DNA from: Candidatus Aldehydirespiratoraceae bacterium
GTDB lineage: Bacteria; Actinomycetota; Acidimicrobiia; Acidimicrobiales; Aldehydirespiratoraceae
Reading direction: 5' to 3'
NCBI GenBank assembly: GCA_965221585.1
Contig: OZ244898.1
Location: forward strand, 810,527-874,526
Length of the DNA stretch: 64,000 bases
The notes under the pieces are model-generated. The model saw only the letters and a program-made list of their open reading frames with translations. It was not told where the DNA came from and did not search any database. This document shows positions 46,371 through 56,237 of this stretch, piece after piece (within the stretch, counting starts at the first letter, position 1; every line of letters begins with the position of its first letter). Both the position numbers and the translations under genes were made by a program.

Positions 46371-47179
46371 TGCTCGGCCTCGAGTGGTTGCCAGTCCGGC
46401 TCGCGTTTCTCGGCGAAGGCCATCGGTCCCTCGGTCTGGTCGGGGTGGCCCCACATCGACACCAGGTGCCGGGCACCTGTCACACAGGCGTCGGTCAGCC
46501 CCGCCTCAAGGGCGCCCCACAGAGCCTTCTTGGTTGCGGCCATCGCCGAGGGCGAGTTCGCAGCGATGGTCTCGCCCAGCTCCTGGGCCCGGTCGCGCAA
46601 CCGATCGGGCGGATCGACGATCTCGGAGATCATGCCCAGCTCGTAGGCGCGTTCGGCGCCGAGGCGTTCATGCTTGCCCATGAAGGCCATGCGCATGACG
46701 GCCTCGACCGGCATCTTCTTCATGAGTCCGATCGCCTCGATCGCGACCACCTGACCGACAGAGGTGTGCGGGTCGAAGAACTGGGCGTCGCTCGCGGCGA
46801 TGACGATGTCAGCGTCAGCGACCCAGTGGAAGCCACCGCCACAGCAGATGCCGTTGACGGCGGTGATCACAGGCTTCCAAACCCCCTGGTGCCACGAGGT
46901 GAAGTGAATGTCGAACTCCTCCATCGACTGGCGGTAACGCTCGAAACCGACACCGTCGGATGCGACCTCGGAAACATCGACGCCGGTCTGGAAGTCGCGG
47001 CCATTGCCGGTGTGCACGATCACCCGAACCGCCGGCTCCGCGTTCAGTTCGTTCCAGGCGTCGGCGAACTCGTCGCGCATCGCGCTGTTCATCGCGTTGC
47101 GCACGTCGGGACGATCGTTGATCAGCCAACCGACCGGTCCGTGACGCTCGACGACGAGGTGCTCATAGTCAGTGTTCAT
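46367..47179 (-). CDS. enoyl-CoA hydratase/isomerase family protein
   Basis: WLINDRPDVRNAM, GNGRDFQTGVD and AVNGICCGGGFHW. Confidence 0.85.
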   Translation of the reverse strand: MNTDYEHLVVERHGPVGWLINDRPDVRNAMNSAMRDEFADAWNELNAEPAVRVIVHTGNGRDFQTGVDVSEVASDGVGFERYRQSMEEFDIHFTSWHQGVWKPVITAVNGICCGGGFHWVADADIVIAASDAQFFDPHTSVGQVVAIEAIGLMKKMPVEAVMRMAFMGKHERLGAERAYELGMISEIVDPPDRLRDRAQELGETIAANSPSAMAATKKALWGALEAGLTDACVTGARHLVSMWGHPDQTEGPMAFAEKREPDWQPLEAEQ

Positions 47180-47389
47180 CTGCGTCCTCAGCTTTCATCG
47201 GGGAATGTCCTTCCAGGGTGCGCCGTGGAACGGGTCGGGCTCTCGGGGCAAGCCCAGCACCTTCTCTCCCAAGACATTCTTGTTGATCTCGGTGGAACCG
47301 CCTTCGATCGTGTTCGCCCGGCTGCGGACCGTGGTCTCGGGTGACAGCCAATTCCATATTTGTATACATTATGCGGGATGGGAGCGCCG

Positions 47390-48199
47390 ATGAAACCCTA
47401 CCCGTCAGCAATCGACGGTCTCGCCGTCAACCACGATGACGGCGTGGTGTCGATCCGCATCGACCGGCCCGAAAGGCGCAACGCCCTCACCGACGACATG
47501 GTGCTCGGGCTGATCGAGATCATCGATGCCGCATCGTCCGATGAGACGGCCCGTGTCGTGTACCTGTCGGGCGCGGGTGACCACTTCTGCTCCGGCTTCG
47601 ACCTGTCGCTCCGTGGCGGCATCGACGAGAAGCCACGGACCGGGGCGACCCAACGCCAGATGCGATGGCACGTCAACCGGCTCGTGCCCACCATGCTCGT
47701 GTCACAGACCCCGATCGTTTGTGCTGTCAAAGGCTGGGTGATCGGGCTCGGGATGAGCATCGCGCTCGCTTCGGACTTCGTCATCGCCGCGGACGACGCC
47801 CGTTTCTGGTCCCCGTTCACCCAGTCCGGGTTCACCCCCGACAGCGGCTCATCGTGGCTCATTCCCCGGCTCGTCGGCGTGGCCCGAGCCAAGGAAATGA
47901 TCATGCTGGGCCGCGAAGTCTCCGGCGCCGAAGCGGCCGAGTGGGGCATGATCCATCGTTCAGTGCCTGTCGAGGAGGTCGACGATGCCGCAAAGGCGCT
48001 CACCGGTGAGATCGCAACCGCGGCGACCGTCGCGGTCGGGCTCTCCAAGCTGTTGATCCACCGGTCGCTAACTACCGACCTTGCGCACCAGCTTCAAGAC
48101 GAAGGGTTGGCTCTGGAGCTGTCGAGCCGCTCCGAGGACTTTCACGAGAGCAGCCGGGCGCGGCGAGAGCAGCGCGACCCGGAATTCGAAGGACGCTAA
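47390..48199 (+). CDS. enoyl-CoA hydratase/isomerase family protein
   Basis: IRIDRPERRNAL, GAGDHFCSGFDL and AVKGWVIGLGMSIAL. Start at the ATG at 47390. Confidence 0.8.
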   Translation: MKPYPSAIDGLAVNHDDGVVSIRIDRPERRNALTDDMVLGLIEIIDAASSDETARVVYLSGAGDHFCSGFDLSLRGGIDEKPRTGATQRQMRWHVNRLVPTMLVSQTPIVCAVKGWVIGLGMSIALASDFVIAADDARFWSPFTQSGFTPDSGSSWLIPRLVGVARAKEMIMLGREVSGAEAAEWGMIHRSVPVEEVDDAAKALTGEIATAATVAVGLSKLLIHRSLTTDLAHQLQDEGLALELSSRSEDFHESSRARREQRDPEFEGR

Positions 48200-48302
48200 A
48201 CACGGAAGTCGGGGTCGGTCTCGAAGCTCCGACTCAACTGCCGTGTCCCTCTTCGTGTTTACTTGGGGGAAGTAACAGCATGCGCACCACTGGAGACCCA
48301 TC

Positions 48303-49070
48303 GTGACGGACACCCCAGCGACTGGCGAATTGATGCATGGGCGACGGGTGTTGGTCGTAGGAGCGTCATCAGGCATCGGAGCGGCCGCCGCGGCCGCGGC
48401 GCGCCGTGCCGGTGCCGAAGTTGCGATCTCGGCCCGCCGCGCCGACAAGCTCGAGGCACTTGCAGCCGAGATCGGCGGGGCTCACGTTCTCCCTGGTGAC
48501 GCAGCCGATCCCGAGGCCGCCAAAGACATTGTCAACCGAGCCGCGGAGCAGCTCGGCGGGCTCGACCTGGTCCTGTACGCCGCGGGATTCGGTGTTCTCC
48601 AACCGCTCGCCGAATGTGACCCTGAGACTTGGCAGTCGATCTATGGCGTCAACGTGATTGGCGCGAACCTCGTGGCCGGCGCGGCCATCGAGCACCTCGG
48701 CGTGGGCGGGATCATGGCGTTCGTCTCCTCGAGGACCGTCGAGGACACCCACGGCCTCTTCTGCTCATATGCCGCGTCCAAGGCCGCCCTCGACCACTGC
48801 ATCCGCACCTGGCGGATCGAACACCCCGACCGGCGCTTCGTGCGCATAGTGATGGGCAACTGCCAGCCGACCGAGTTCGCTAACCACATGGGTCTCGAAC
48901 TCATCGGCGACGCGCTCACCCTCTGGCAGAAGCAGGGCATTCCCGGAGGTCTCATGCACGTCGACGATGTCGCCGCGTGCCTCATGGAGACGCTCGCTGT
49001 CTCGCTCGACCACCCCAGCATCGACGCGTCCGAGATCAAGCTGGACGCCCCCGTTGAAGACTTCCAATGA
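48303..49070 (+). CDS. SDR family oxidoreductase
   Basis: VVGASSGIGAAAA and YAASKAAL motifs. GTG start. Confidence 0.8.
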   Translation: MTDTPATGELMHGRRVLVVGASSGIGAAAAAAARRAGAEVAISARRADKLEALAAEIGGAHVLPGDAADPEAAKDIVNRAAEQLGGLDLVLYAAGFGVLQPLAECDPETWQSIYGVNVIGANLVAGAAIEHLGVGGIMAFVSSRTVEDTHGLFCSYAASKAALDHCIRTWRIEHPDRRFVRIVMGNCQPTEFANHMGLELIGDALTLWQKQGIPGGLMHVDDVAACLMETLAVSLDHPSIDASEIKLDAPVEDFQ

Positions 49071-49187
49071 GCGAGCAGACGATCGACCCCACGCCGGAAG
49101 ACTTTGGCGCACCGTGGCACGCATCCGTATCCTGAGAGTGTCAGTCCGCCCCCACGCCGCGACCAGCCTCCTAGCAGGAGCAGTGAG

Positions 49188-50042
49188 ATGACCACAATCG
49201 AAGCCACCCCTGTCTCCGGATCCCTCGGCGCCCAGCTGTCGGGAGTCGACCTGACGAAGCTCGACGACGCATCCATAGCAGCGCTGCGCGCCGCCATCGT
49301 CGAACACGAGGTCGTCTTCGTGCATGGAGCCTTCCTTGATCGAGAGCAGCATCTAGCGCTCGGCGAGGCGCTCGGCGGGACCAACACGTTCCCGACGTAC
49401 GCGATCTTCGACGTCGACGAGCCGACCCTCACCACCATCCGCGACGGGCCCGACAGCCCACCCGCGGCCGACGAATGGCACACCGATGTCACCTGGACCG
49501 CCGAACCCCCGGACTTCGCGATCCTCCAGGCCAACGTGGTTCCCCAGCGCGGCGGTGACACCCTCTGGGCCTCGATGACGACAGCATTCGACGCCTTGTC
49601 CGACCCCCTCAAGGAGATGTGCCGAGGCCTCACCGTCCGCCACGACAACGAGAACTTCATCGAGGGTCTCGTGCGCAAGTCGCCTGAGCGGGCCGAGAAG
49701 TTCGACATCCCAGCGAAGCTCCGAGCCGGCTATCCGCCCGTCGACCACCCTCTGGTCCGGCTCCACCCGGAATCCGGCAAGGAAGTGCTGTTCATCGCAG
49801 GCAGATTCATGCGCCGGATCAACGAGCTGACCGAAGCCGAGAGCGAGGCGCTCCTCAGCCTGCTCAACCGACATGTCGACGACGCCCGCTTCCAATGTCG
49901 TTGGCGATGGACCCCGGGAGACGTCGCCATCTGGGACGAACGCTCGACCAACCACCGGTCCGCCGCCGACCACTTCCCCCAAGAGCGCGAAATCCGCCGA
50001 TGCGAGGTCGGAGGTGCCCGCCCCGTCGGAGTCAACGGATAA
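49188..50042 (+). CDS. TauD/TfdA family Fe(II)/2-oxoglutarate dioxygenase
   Basis: WHTDVTW (HxD), GGDTLWASM and WDERSTNHRS. Trimmed to the ATG at 49188. Confidence 0.8.
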   Translation: MTTIEATPVSGSLGAQLSGVDLTKLDDASIAALRAAIVEHEVVFVHGAFLDREQHLALGEALGGTNTFPTYAIFDVDEPTLTTIRDGPDSPPAADEWHTDVTWTAEPPDFAILQANVVPQRGGDTLWASMTTAFDALSDPLKEMCRGLTVRHDNENFIEGLVRKSPERAEKFDIPAKLRAGYPPVDHPLVRLHPESGKEVLFIAGRFMRRINELTEAESEALLSLLNRHVDDARFQCRWRWTPGDVAIWDERSTNHRSAADHFPQEREIRRCEVGGARPVGVNG

Positions 50043-50050
50043 GCCGCCGC

Positions 50051-50842
50051 TCAAGCGATGTGTTGGCCGGCGGTTACCTGGAGTTCTTGGCCGGTGATGT
50101 TGCGGGAACGGGGCGAAGCCAGAAACAGCACGGCCTCGGCGATGTCTGTGGGATCGACATGACGACGCAGTGCGGCCTGACCCGCGAACCGTTCGCTCAC
50201 CTCTGAAGCGGTCAGGTTTTGAGCTTCGGCCATGCGTTCAAAGAAGGCGGTGAGGGGCGCCCCTGTGGTGAGGCCAGGGGTCACGATGTTGACCCGCACA
50301 CCTTGTGGGCCGACCTCTTTGGCCATGGTCTTCGACATCGACTCCATGGCACCCTTGGTCGACGTGTAGCGCGAAAGATCCGGCATCAAGGTGGCTGCGC
50401 TGAGCGCAGAGATGTTGACGATCGACCCGCCACCGCCAGAAGCCATATGGGCCGCTGCGCTGCGGCAGATCTCCATGGTGCCGATGACGTTGATCTGCAC
50501 GGCTCTCAGATAATCGTCCCAGTCGAGGTCGGCGACAGAGACGCTGCGGCCTCCATAGGTGGCGATGTTGACCACCACATCGATCCTGCCGAATTCGCCG
50601 ACCGTCGCCTCGACCGCAGCCCGGCCCTGTGCAGGATCGGCGATGTCAGTAACAACCGGCAAGGTCCGCCGGCTAGTTGCCTCGGCAACCTCGGCGGCGA
50701 GCTGTTCGAGCGGTTCTGCCCGGCGAGCGGCGAGCACCACATCGGCACCCTCGCCCGTCAGAGCCAGAGCACAACTGCGCCCGATACCTTGACCGGCCCC
50801 GACAATGAGCGCCGCTGCGTTCTCCAGCGTTCGTTCGGTCAT
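50051..50842 (-). CDS. SDR family oxidoreductase
   Basis: VGAGQGIG, NIATYGG, YTSTKGAMES and the C-terminal NITGQELQVTAGQ. Confidence 0.85.
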   Translation of the reverse strand: MTERTLENAAALIVGAGQGIGRSCALALTGEGADVVLAARRAEPLEQLAAEVAEATSRRTLPVVTDIADPAQGRAAVEATVGEFGRIDVVVNIATYGGRSVSVADLDWDDYLRAVQINVIGTMEICRSAAAHMASGGGGSIVNISALSAATLMPDLSRYTSTKGAMESMSKTMAKEVGPQGVRVNIVTPGLTTGAPLTAFFERMAEAQNLTASEVSERFAGQAALRRHVDPTDIAEAVLFLASPRSRNITGQELQVTAGQHIA

Positions 50843-50852
50843 GATCGCAGCC

Positions 50853-51233
50853 TCACCAGTCGAGGTCTGTCTGATGCATGCTCCAAGACTCGACGATCAG
50901 CCCCGAGGCGATCCGATACTGCGCGATCCAGGTGATCTTCACCGGGGTGCCGACAGCAACGTTGACGCCCTCCAGACGGAGGCGGGCGAAAACGCAGTCG
51001 TCAACGGAAGCGATGTGGTCGAAATGGAGCTTGGTCGGCCGGATCGTCGCCACCGACGAACTGACGTGGCGGGCATAGCGTTCTGGTGTGGTGCGCTCGG
51101 TCCCGTCACGGGTATGGCGCACGAAAGGATCAGCCAACACCTCCCCGAGACGGTCCAGGGAACGGTCGAGCCAAATGTGCTTCCACAGAGTCTCGACCAA
51201 CTCTTCATTCTCACCGCTCATCGGTTCCTCCAA
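50853..51233 (-). CDS. SnoaL-like / ester cyclase (NTF2-fold) protein
   Basis: 126 aa. LADPFVRHTRDG...W and the C-terminal ESWSMHQ pattern. Confidence 0.55.
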   Translation of the reverse strand: MEEPMSGENEELVETLWKHIWLDRSLDRLGEVLADPFVRHTRDGTERTTPERYARHVSSSVATIRPTKLHFDHIASVDDCVFARLRLEGVNVAVGTPVKITWIAQYRIASGLIVESWSMHQTDLDW

Positions 51234-51249
51234 TCCGAGCGTAGGACAT

Positions 51250-52557
51250 TCACAGTGACAGGGTCTTTGTTGGGCCGATCCGGCGTCGCCAAAGCATGCC
51301 GAAACCCATAGAGATGAGTACGAGGACGCCCATCAGCGACATCATCGGGCGGATTCCGTAGATGTCTGCCAGCTTCCCGAACGGAAGCGAAGCCAGTCCG
51401 AATCCGGTGAAACTCAACATGATCAGGCTCTGGACCCGTCCGTGGTATTCGACGTCGGCGATGGTCAACGCCAAAGAGTTGTTGAGCGCCTGGAACGCTG
51501 CGGAACTCCCGCCGACGACCACCATCACGACCACCGCCATCCAGTACTGCGGAGCGACGGCGAAGGCGACGAGCGAGACGCCGAAGACGACGGCGGCCTG
51601 GATCTGCAACGCCGGAAGCCGTGACTGCTTCGCACTGGCCAGTCCCACGCTGGCGATGACCGCTCCGGCTGCCCCTGCAGTCGTGAGCAGGCCGAGTGCC
51701 CAGGCGTCGAGTTCGAAAATGTCCTCCACCAAGCCGGGCAGGAAGGTGATGTGGGGAAACCCGAGCATCACAATCAGCAAAGAGATGACTAACAGCCTTG
51801 CCAACTCCCGATTCTGGCGAACATAGGCGAAACCGTCGATGAGATCGTCGAACGCTGAGAGGCGGGACCTGTACCGGGGAGCACCTGCTGGGAGTTTCAC
51901 GGTGGCGATGACCGAGAGGACTGAGAGCGTGGCACCCACGTAGTAGACGCCACCGACACCGATCACAGCGATGCCGATCAATATCCCTCCGATCGCAGGC
52001 CCCAGCACCCGTGTCATCTGAATGCTGGCGTTGCTCAGCAGGATGGCGTTGGTTAGGGAGTCGCGTTCGACGAGGTCAGCGGTCATCGCCAGCCGCGACG
52101 GCCCCAACAGCGACATGCCCAGTCCCTGGACGCCTCCTGCGACGACGAGCATCCAGTATTGGATGGCTCCCGTTGAGATGGCGATTGCGATTCCGAACGC
52201 TGCCGCGGTCATCGTCGACTGGGCGAAGATCAGGATGGAGCGTTTGCCTATCCGGTCGGCGAGCACCCCGGATGCAGGGATTGCCACCAGGCTGGTGACG
52301 CCGAACGCGAACACCACACCGCCCAAAGCGGCGTTGCTGCCGGTGAGTTCGTAGGCGAGCCAGCCCCGGGCGATCTGCTGGGTCTGCGAGGCGAGAAAGA
52401 TGAACATCCCGCCCCACCACAAGAACCGATATTCGGGGATCTGAAGCGATGCGAACCGTGCTGGCTTGGTTTCGGGTTCAACGGGTGGTGGAGGCGGTGG
52501 TTGTGTCTCGAAACGTGTTCTGTTCGCTTCTTCGTCGCCCGTGCCGAAGTCAGACAT
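51250..52557 (-). CDS. MFS transporter
   Basis: 12 predicted hydrophobic segments, with GVLADRIGKR in the loop 2-3 motif position. Confidence 0.8.
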   Translation of the reverse strand: MSDFGTGDEEANRTRFETQPPPPPPVEPETKPARFASLQIPEYRFLWWGGMFIFLASQTQQIARGWLAYELTGSNAALGGVVFAFGVTSLVAIPASGVLADRIGKRSILIFAQSTMTAAAFGIAIAISTGAIQYWMLVVAGGVQGLGMSLLGPSRLAMTADLVERDSLTNAILLSNASIQMTRVLGPAIGGILIGIAVIGVGGVYYVGATLSVLSVIATVKLPAGAPRYRSRLSAFDDLIDGFAYVRQNRELARLLVISLLIVMLGFPHITFLPGLVEDIFELDAWALGLLTTAGAAGAVIASVGLASAKQSRLPALQIQAAVVFGVSLVAFAVAPQYWMAVVVMVVVGGSSAAFQALNNSLALTIADVEYHGRVQSLIMLSFTGFGLASLPFGKLADIYGIRPMMSLMGVLVLISMGFGMLWRRRIGPTKTLSL

Positions 52558-52779
52558 CGTGGCGACCGTATCGCTTCAACTGACCGCTCTACACATCACC
52601 CAACCCGCTGCTTACGTCTTTTTGAGCCCATTGAGATGCTCCATTTGGCTCCCGTGCCGGCGATTCACGGTGGTTGTGCGAGTTGTTTCCCGGCGTGAGT
52701 TTTCGGGTCGCAGCGAGCGCGGGAGTAGCGTTTCGGGGCATACGCGTCGCCGCTAGCCGTGAGCGGCAAAGAGGCATCG

Positions 52780-54303
52780 ATGGGCACACCGGAGACAGAA
52801 ACAATAGAAACCGCCGCGGCAAGTGTGGGTGTCGGGCCGCGCGCCGGTCGGGATCTGAGAATCGCGATCATTGGGGCCGGTCCGGGTGGGTTGTGCGCGG
52901 CTATTCGGCTGCGTCAGTCCGGGTTCGAGAACTTCACGGTGTTCGAGAAGAGCTCTGGCGTGGGCGGAACCTGGTACCACAACCGCTACCCGGGTTGTGC
53001 CTGCGACATCCCGGCCGAGCTGTACTCGTTCTCCTTTGAGGTGAACACGGAGTGGAGCCGGCCCTTCGCCCGCCAACCCGAGATATTGCGCTACATGGAG
53101 CGCTGCGCCGAAAAATACGGTGTGCTCGAGCATTGCCGGTTCAACGAGGCGGTACGAGCCGCCCGCTGGGACGGAGAGGCTTCCTGTTGGTCCCTGAGCC
53201 TGGAGTCGGGAACTGAGGTGACGGCTGACGTTGTGATCAGCGCGCTGGGCATGTTCAACGACGTGCCGATGCCCGATATTGAAGGCCTGTCCTCCTTCGG
53301 GGGCACCGTGATCCACTCGGCTCGCTGGAACTGGGACCACGACCTGAGCGGCGAGACCGTGGGGATCATCGGTTCAGCGGCCAGCGCCGTGCAGATCGCC
53401 CCGGAGATCGCCGAAGAGGTGAGCCGGTTGCATGTGTTTCAGCGCACCGCGAACTGGGTGTTGCCGAAGGAAGACGACCCGTACACACCTACCGAGATCG
53501 CTGCCCGCCGGGCCGATCCCGGCATCGTGGTGGCGCGGCGCGAAGAGTTGTTCAACCAGGTGGACAAGGGTATGGCCTTCAAGAGTGCCAAGGTTCGGGC
53601 CGGTATGGAGGAGACGGGCCTTGCCGCGCTGGAGGCGGTTGCCGATCCCGAACTGCGGGCCAAGCTAACCCCCGATCATCCGTGGGGTTGCAAGCGGCCG
53701 CTGTTCCACAACGAGTACTACACCACCTTCAACCGGGCGAACGTGGAGTTGGTCACCGACCCTATTGAGCGGATCACACCGAAGGGCGTGCTCACCTCGG
53801 ACGGCACAGAGCGGGACTTGGAAACGTTGGTGCTGGCCACGGGGTTCTCCACCACCAAGTACCTGTCGGCCATCGAGGTGACGGGCCGTGATGGACTCAG
53901 CATCGCGGACGCCTGGAACGACGGCGCGACCGCCTACATGGGCGTCACCACCAGCGGTTTCCCGAACCTGTTCATGCTGTACGGCCCCAACACCAACAAC
54001 GGTTCGATCATCACCATGATCGAGTACCAGGTGGAGTACGTGGTTGCCCATATTCGGCGGATAGCGGCGCAGCGGCTGGCCTGGGTGGACGTGAGGGCCG
54101 AACCGATGGCCCGCTACAACGACTGGGTGCAGGACGGCATCGCCGGCGTTGAACCCTGGCACGGCGGTTGCAACGGCTACTACCGCACGCCCAACGGCCG
54201 AATCGTGACCCAATGGCCCCACAACATGACCACCTTCAAGACCCAGACCTCAACCATCGACGAGTCCGCCTACGAATCGGTCCCCTTGCCCAAATCGCCT
54301 TGA
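52780..54303 (+). CDS. Baeyer-Villiger type flavin monooxygenase
   Basis: IIGAGPGGL, BVMO fingerprint FGGTVIHSARW (FxGxxxHxxxW), second GSAASAVQ. Confidence 0.8.
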   Translation: MGTPETETIETAAASVGVGPRAGRDLRIAIIGAGPGGLCAAIRLRQSGFENFTVFEKSSGVGGTWYHNRYPGCACDIPAELYSFSFEVNTEWSRPFARQPEILRYMERCAEKYGVLEHCRFNEAVRAARWDGEASCWSLSLESGTEVTADVVISALGMFNDVPMPDIEGLSSFGGTVIHSARWNWDHDLSGETVGIIGSAASAVQIAPEIAEEVSRLHVFQRTANWVLPKEDDPYTPTEIAARRADPGIVVARREELFNQVDKGMAFKSAKVRAGMEETGLAALEAVADPELRAKLTPDHPWGCKRPLFHNEYYTTFNRANVELVTDPIERITPKGVLTSDGTERDLETLVLATGFSTTKYLSAIEVTGRDGLSIADAWNDGATAYMGVTTSGFPNLFMLYGPNTNNGSIITMIEYQVEYVVAHIRRIAAQRLAWVDVRAEPMARYNDWVQDGIAGVEPWHGGCNGYYRTPNGRIVTQWPHNMTTFKTQTSTIDESAYESVPLPKSP

Positions 54304-54458
54304 CGCAGAAACGTGCCTGGTGGCCGGATCTGGCGGAGAAACGAGACCCCTGTTGTTGGTGCGCAAACTCGGACGCAGCCTGAGCGCGTCACACCCTCCC
54401 CGTAACGTTGAGACTCACTGGATAGCCTTTGGCAACTCGGTGAGGGAGGGAAGTGGTC

Positions 54459-55208
54459 ATGGCTGACCGAACCGGTATCGAATGGACTGAGACAACCTGG
54501 AACCCGACGACCGGCTGCGATCAGACCTCACCGGGATGCGACAACTGTTACGCGCTCACGTTGGCGAAGCGGCTCAAGGCAATGGGCAACCCGAAGTACC
54601 AGAATGACGGTGACCCCAAGTCCAGCGGTCCTGGTTTCAGGTTGACGCTGCACGACGACGTGCTTGAACTTCCCTACCGTTGGAGAGCACCACGCATTGT
54701 TTTCGTGAACTCGATGAGTGACCTGTTCCATCCCGAGGTTCCGTTGGAGTTCATTCAGCGGGTCTTCAGGGTCATGGCTGAAACCCCTCAACACACGTAC
54801 CAAGTGCTCACGAAGCGGTCTAAGCGCTTGGCGTCGTTGGCCGGCAAGTTGGACTGGCCTTCCAACGTCTGGATGGGCGTTAGCGTCGAGTCGTCACGTT
54901 ACGCCTTTCGGATCGACCACCTCCGCTCCGTGAACGCTGCAGTGCGGTTCGTCAGCGCCGAACCCCTCCTGGGGCCGCTCCCCGAACTTGACCTCTCCGG
55001 GATCGGGTGGTTGATCGCCGGCGGTGAGAGCGGCCACGGAGCCCGGCCGATGAAAGAGGAATGGGCCCGCGACCTACGCGACCAATGTGTTGTTGAAGGT
55101 GTTGCCTTCTTCTTCAAACAATGGGGCGGCCGAACCCCCAAAGCCAACGGCCGCGAGCTGGACGGCAGCCTCTACGATGAGATGCCCCTCACCGAGATCG
55201 CTGTGTAG
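54459..55208 (+). CDS. DUF5131 (phage Gp37/Gp68) family three-Cys protein
   Basis: TGIEWTETTWNPTTGCDQTSPGCDNCYA (C-x5-C-x2-C), FVNSMSDLF and GGESGHGARPM...FFFKQWGG. Strong SD gagggaggg 9 nt upstream of the ATG at 54459. Confidence 0.75.
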   Translation: MADRTGIEWTETTWNPTTGCDQTSPGCDNCYALTLAKRLKAMGNPKYQNDGDPKSSGPGFRLTLHDDVLELPYRWRAPRIVFVNSMSDLFHPEVPLEFIQRVFRVMAETPQHTYQVLTKRSKRLASLAGKLDWPSNVWMGVSVESSRYAFRIDHLRSVNAAVRFVSAEPLLGPLPELDLSGIGWLIAGGESGHGARPMKEEWARDLRDQCVVEGVAFFFKQWGGRTPKANGRELDGSLYDEMPLTEIAV

Positions 55209-56182
55209 TGGTTCGCACGTGGGGATACTGGACAGTTGGCAAACTCGATATTTTGCGGGCGTATCTTGACGCTTTCACTACCGCCACCAAACACCGGGTG
55301 ACTGATCGGATCTACCTCGATCTCTTCGCTGGCGGATTGGACAACCGCGAGCGGATGACGGACGAACCGATCGAAAGCTCGGCACAGATCGCGGCATCGA
55401 TCGATGCACCAGAGTTCTCCGTATTGAGGTTCTTTGAGATTGAAGGCAAGGCTCAAAGGCTTGAGTCATCATTGTTGGAGTCATATCCGGGGCGAGACAT
55501 CAAGGTGTATGGAGGCGACTGTAACGAACTGGTTCCCAGGGCACTGGAAGAACTTAAAGCTAAGGCGTGGGCCCCAACGTTTGCTTTTGTGGACCCGAAC
55601 GGCATGGAAGCGGAGTGGCGCACCCTGGAGGCCCTCGCGAACTTCCGCCGAAATCAGAAGACGAAGGTTGAGTTGTTCCTCCTCTTTGCTGCGCCGCAGT
55701 TCATCCGGCTCCTACCAAAGGACGGCAGTGGGGTCAGGCCGGAAGATGAGAAGAAGATCGACTCACTGTTCGGGACTCATGACTGGTGGCACATCTATAC
55801 CGCCCGTCTCGCGAATGAAATCGAACCTGGTGAGGCGCGCGACGAGTACTTGAATCTCATGCGGTGGCGTATCGAGCAGGTACTCGGATATGAGTGGACG
55901 CATCCACTCGCGATCCATAACGTCGACGGTGCTGAGATCTACTCAATGATCTTCGTGACAGATCACCAAGCGGGAACAAGTATCATGAGCGGGATCTATG
56001 CGAGCGCAGCGGCAAAGTTCCCAGCCATGCGCGAAAACGCGAGACGTATGCGGAATCGGGCTCGCGAGGCTGAACTTGGCGTGATGAGCCTCTTCGACGA
56101 AGACGAATCACTCGGAGGCCCGCCAAAACTTGGTGAACAATTCTACGAACACGAACCTCCGGCGCGACCGTGGTTTCTTTAG
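55208..56182 (+). CDS. three-Cys-motif partner protein (TcmP-like)
   Basis: The GTG start overlaps the DUF5131 stop. The N-terminus W..GKLDILRAYLDAFTTATK...IYLDLFAGG and the position directly after a Gp37/Gp68 gene fit the TcmP family as I remember it. Confidence 0.55.
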   Translation: MVRTWGYWTVGKLDILRAYLDAFTTATKHRVTDRIYLDLFAGGLDNRERMTDEPIESSAQIAASIDAPEFSVLRFFEIEGKAQRLESSLLESYPGRDIKVYGGDCNELVPRALEELKAKAWAPTFAFVDPNGMEAEWRTLEALANFRRNQKTKVELFLLFAAPQFIRLLPKDGSGVRPEDEKKIDSLFGTHDWWHIYTARLANEIEPGEARDEYLNLMRWRIEQVLGYEWTHPLAIHNVDGAEIYSMIFVTDHQAGTSIMSGIYASAAAKFPAMRENARRMRNRAREAELGVMSLFDEDESLGGPPKLGEQFYEHEPPARPWFL

Positions 56183-56237
56183 GGGACCTAACGTCGCTGT
56201 GGCCCGCTTGCCTGGCCCATGAGGGAGGGGACCGCGC

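Noticed and set aside
48200-48302. Possible hairpin or small RNA between the crotonase and SDR genes
   Set aside because: The complementarity (acacggaag ... cttcgtgt) is imperfect and distant, with no T-tract. That is not enough to call a terminator or regulatory RNA.
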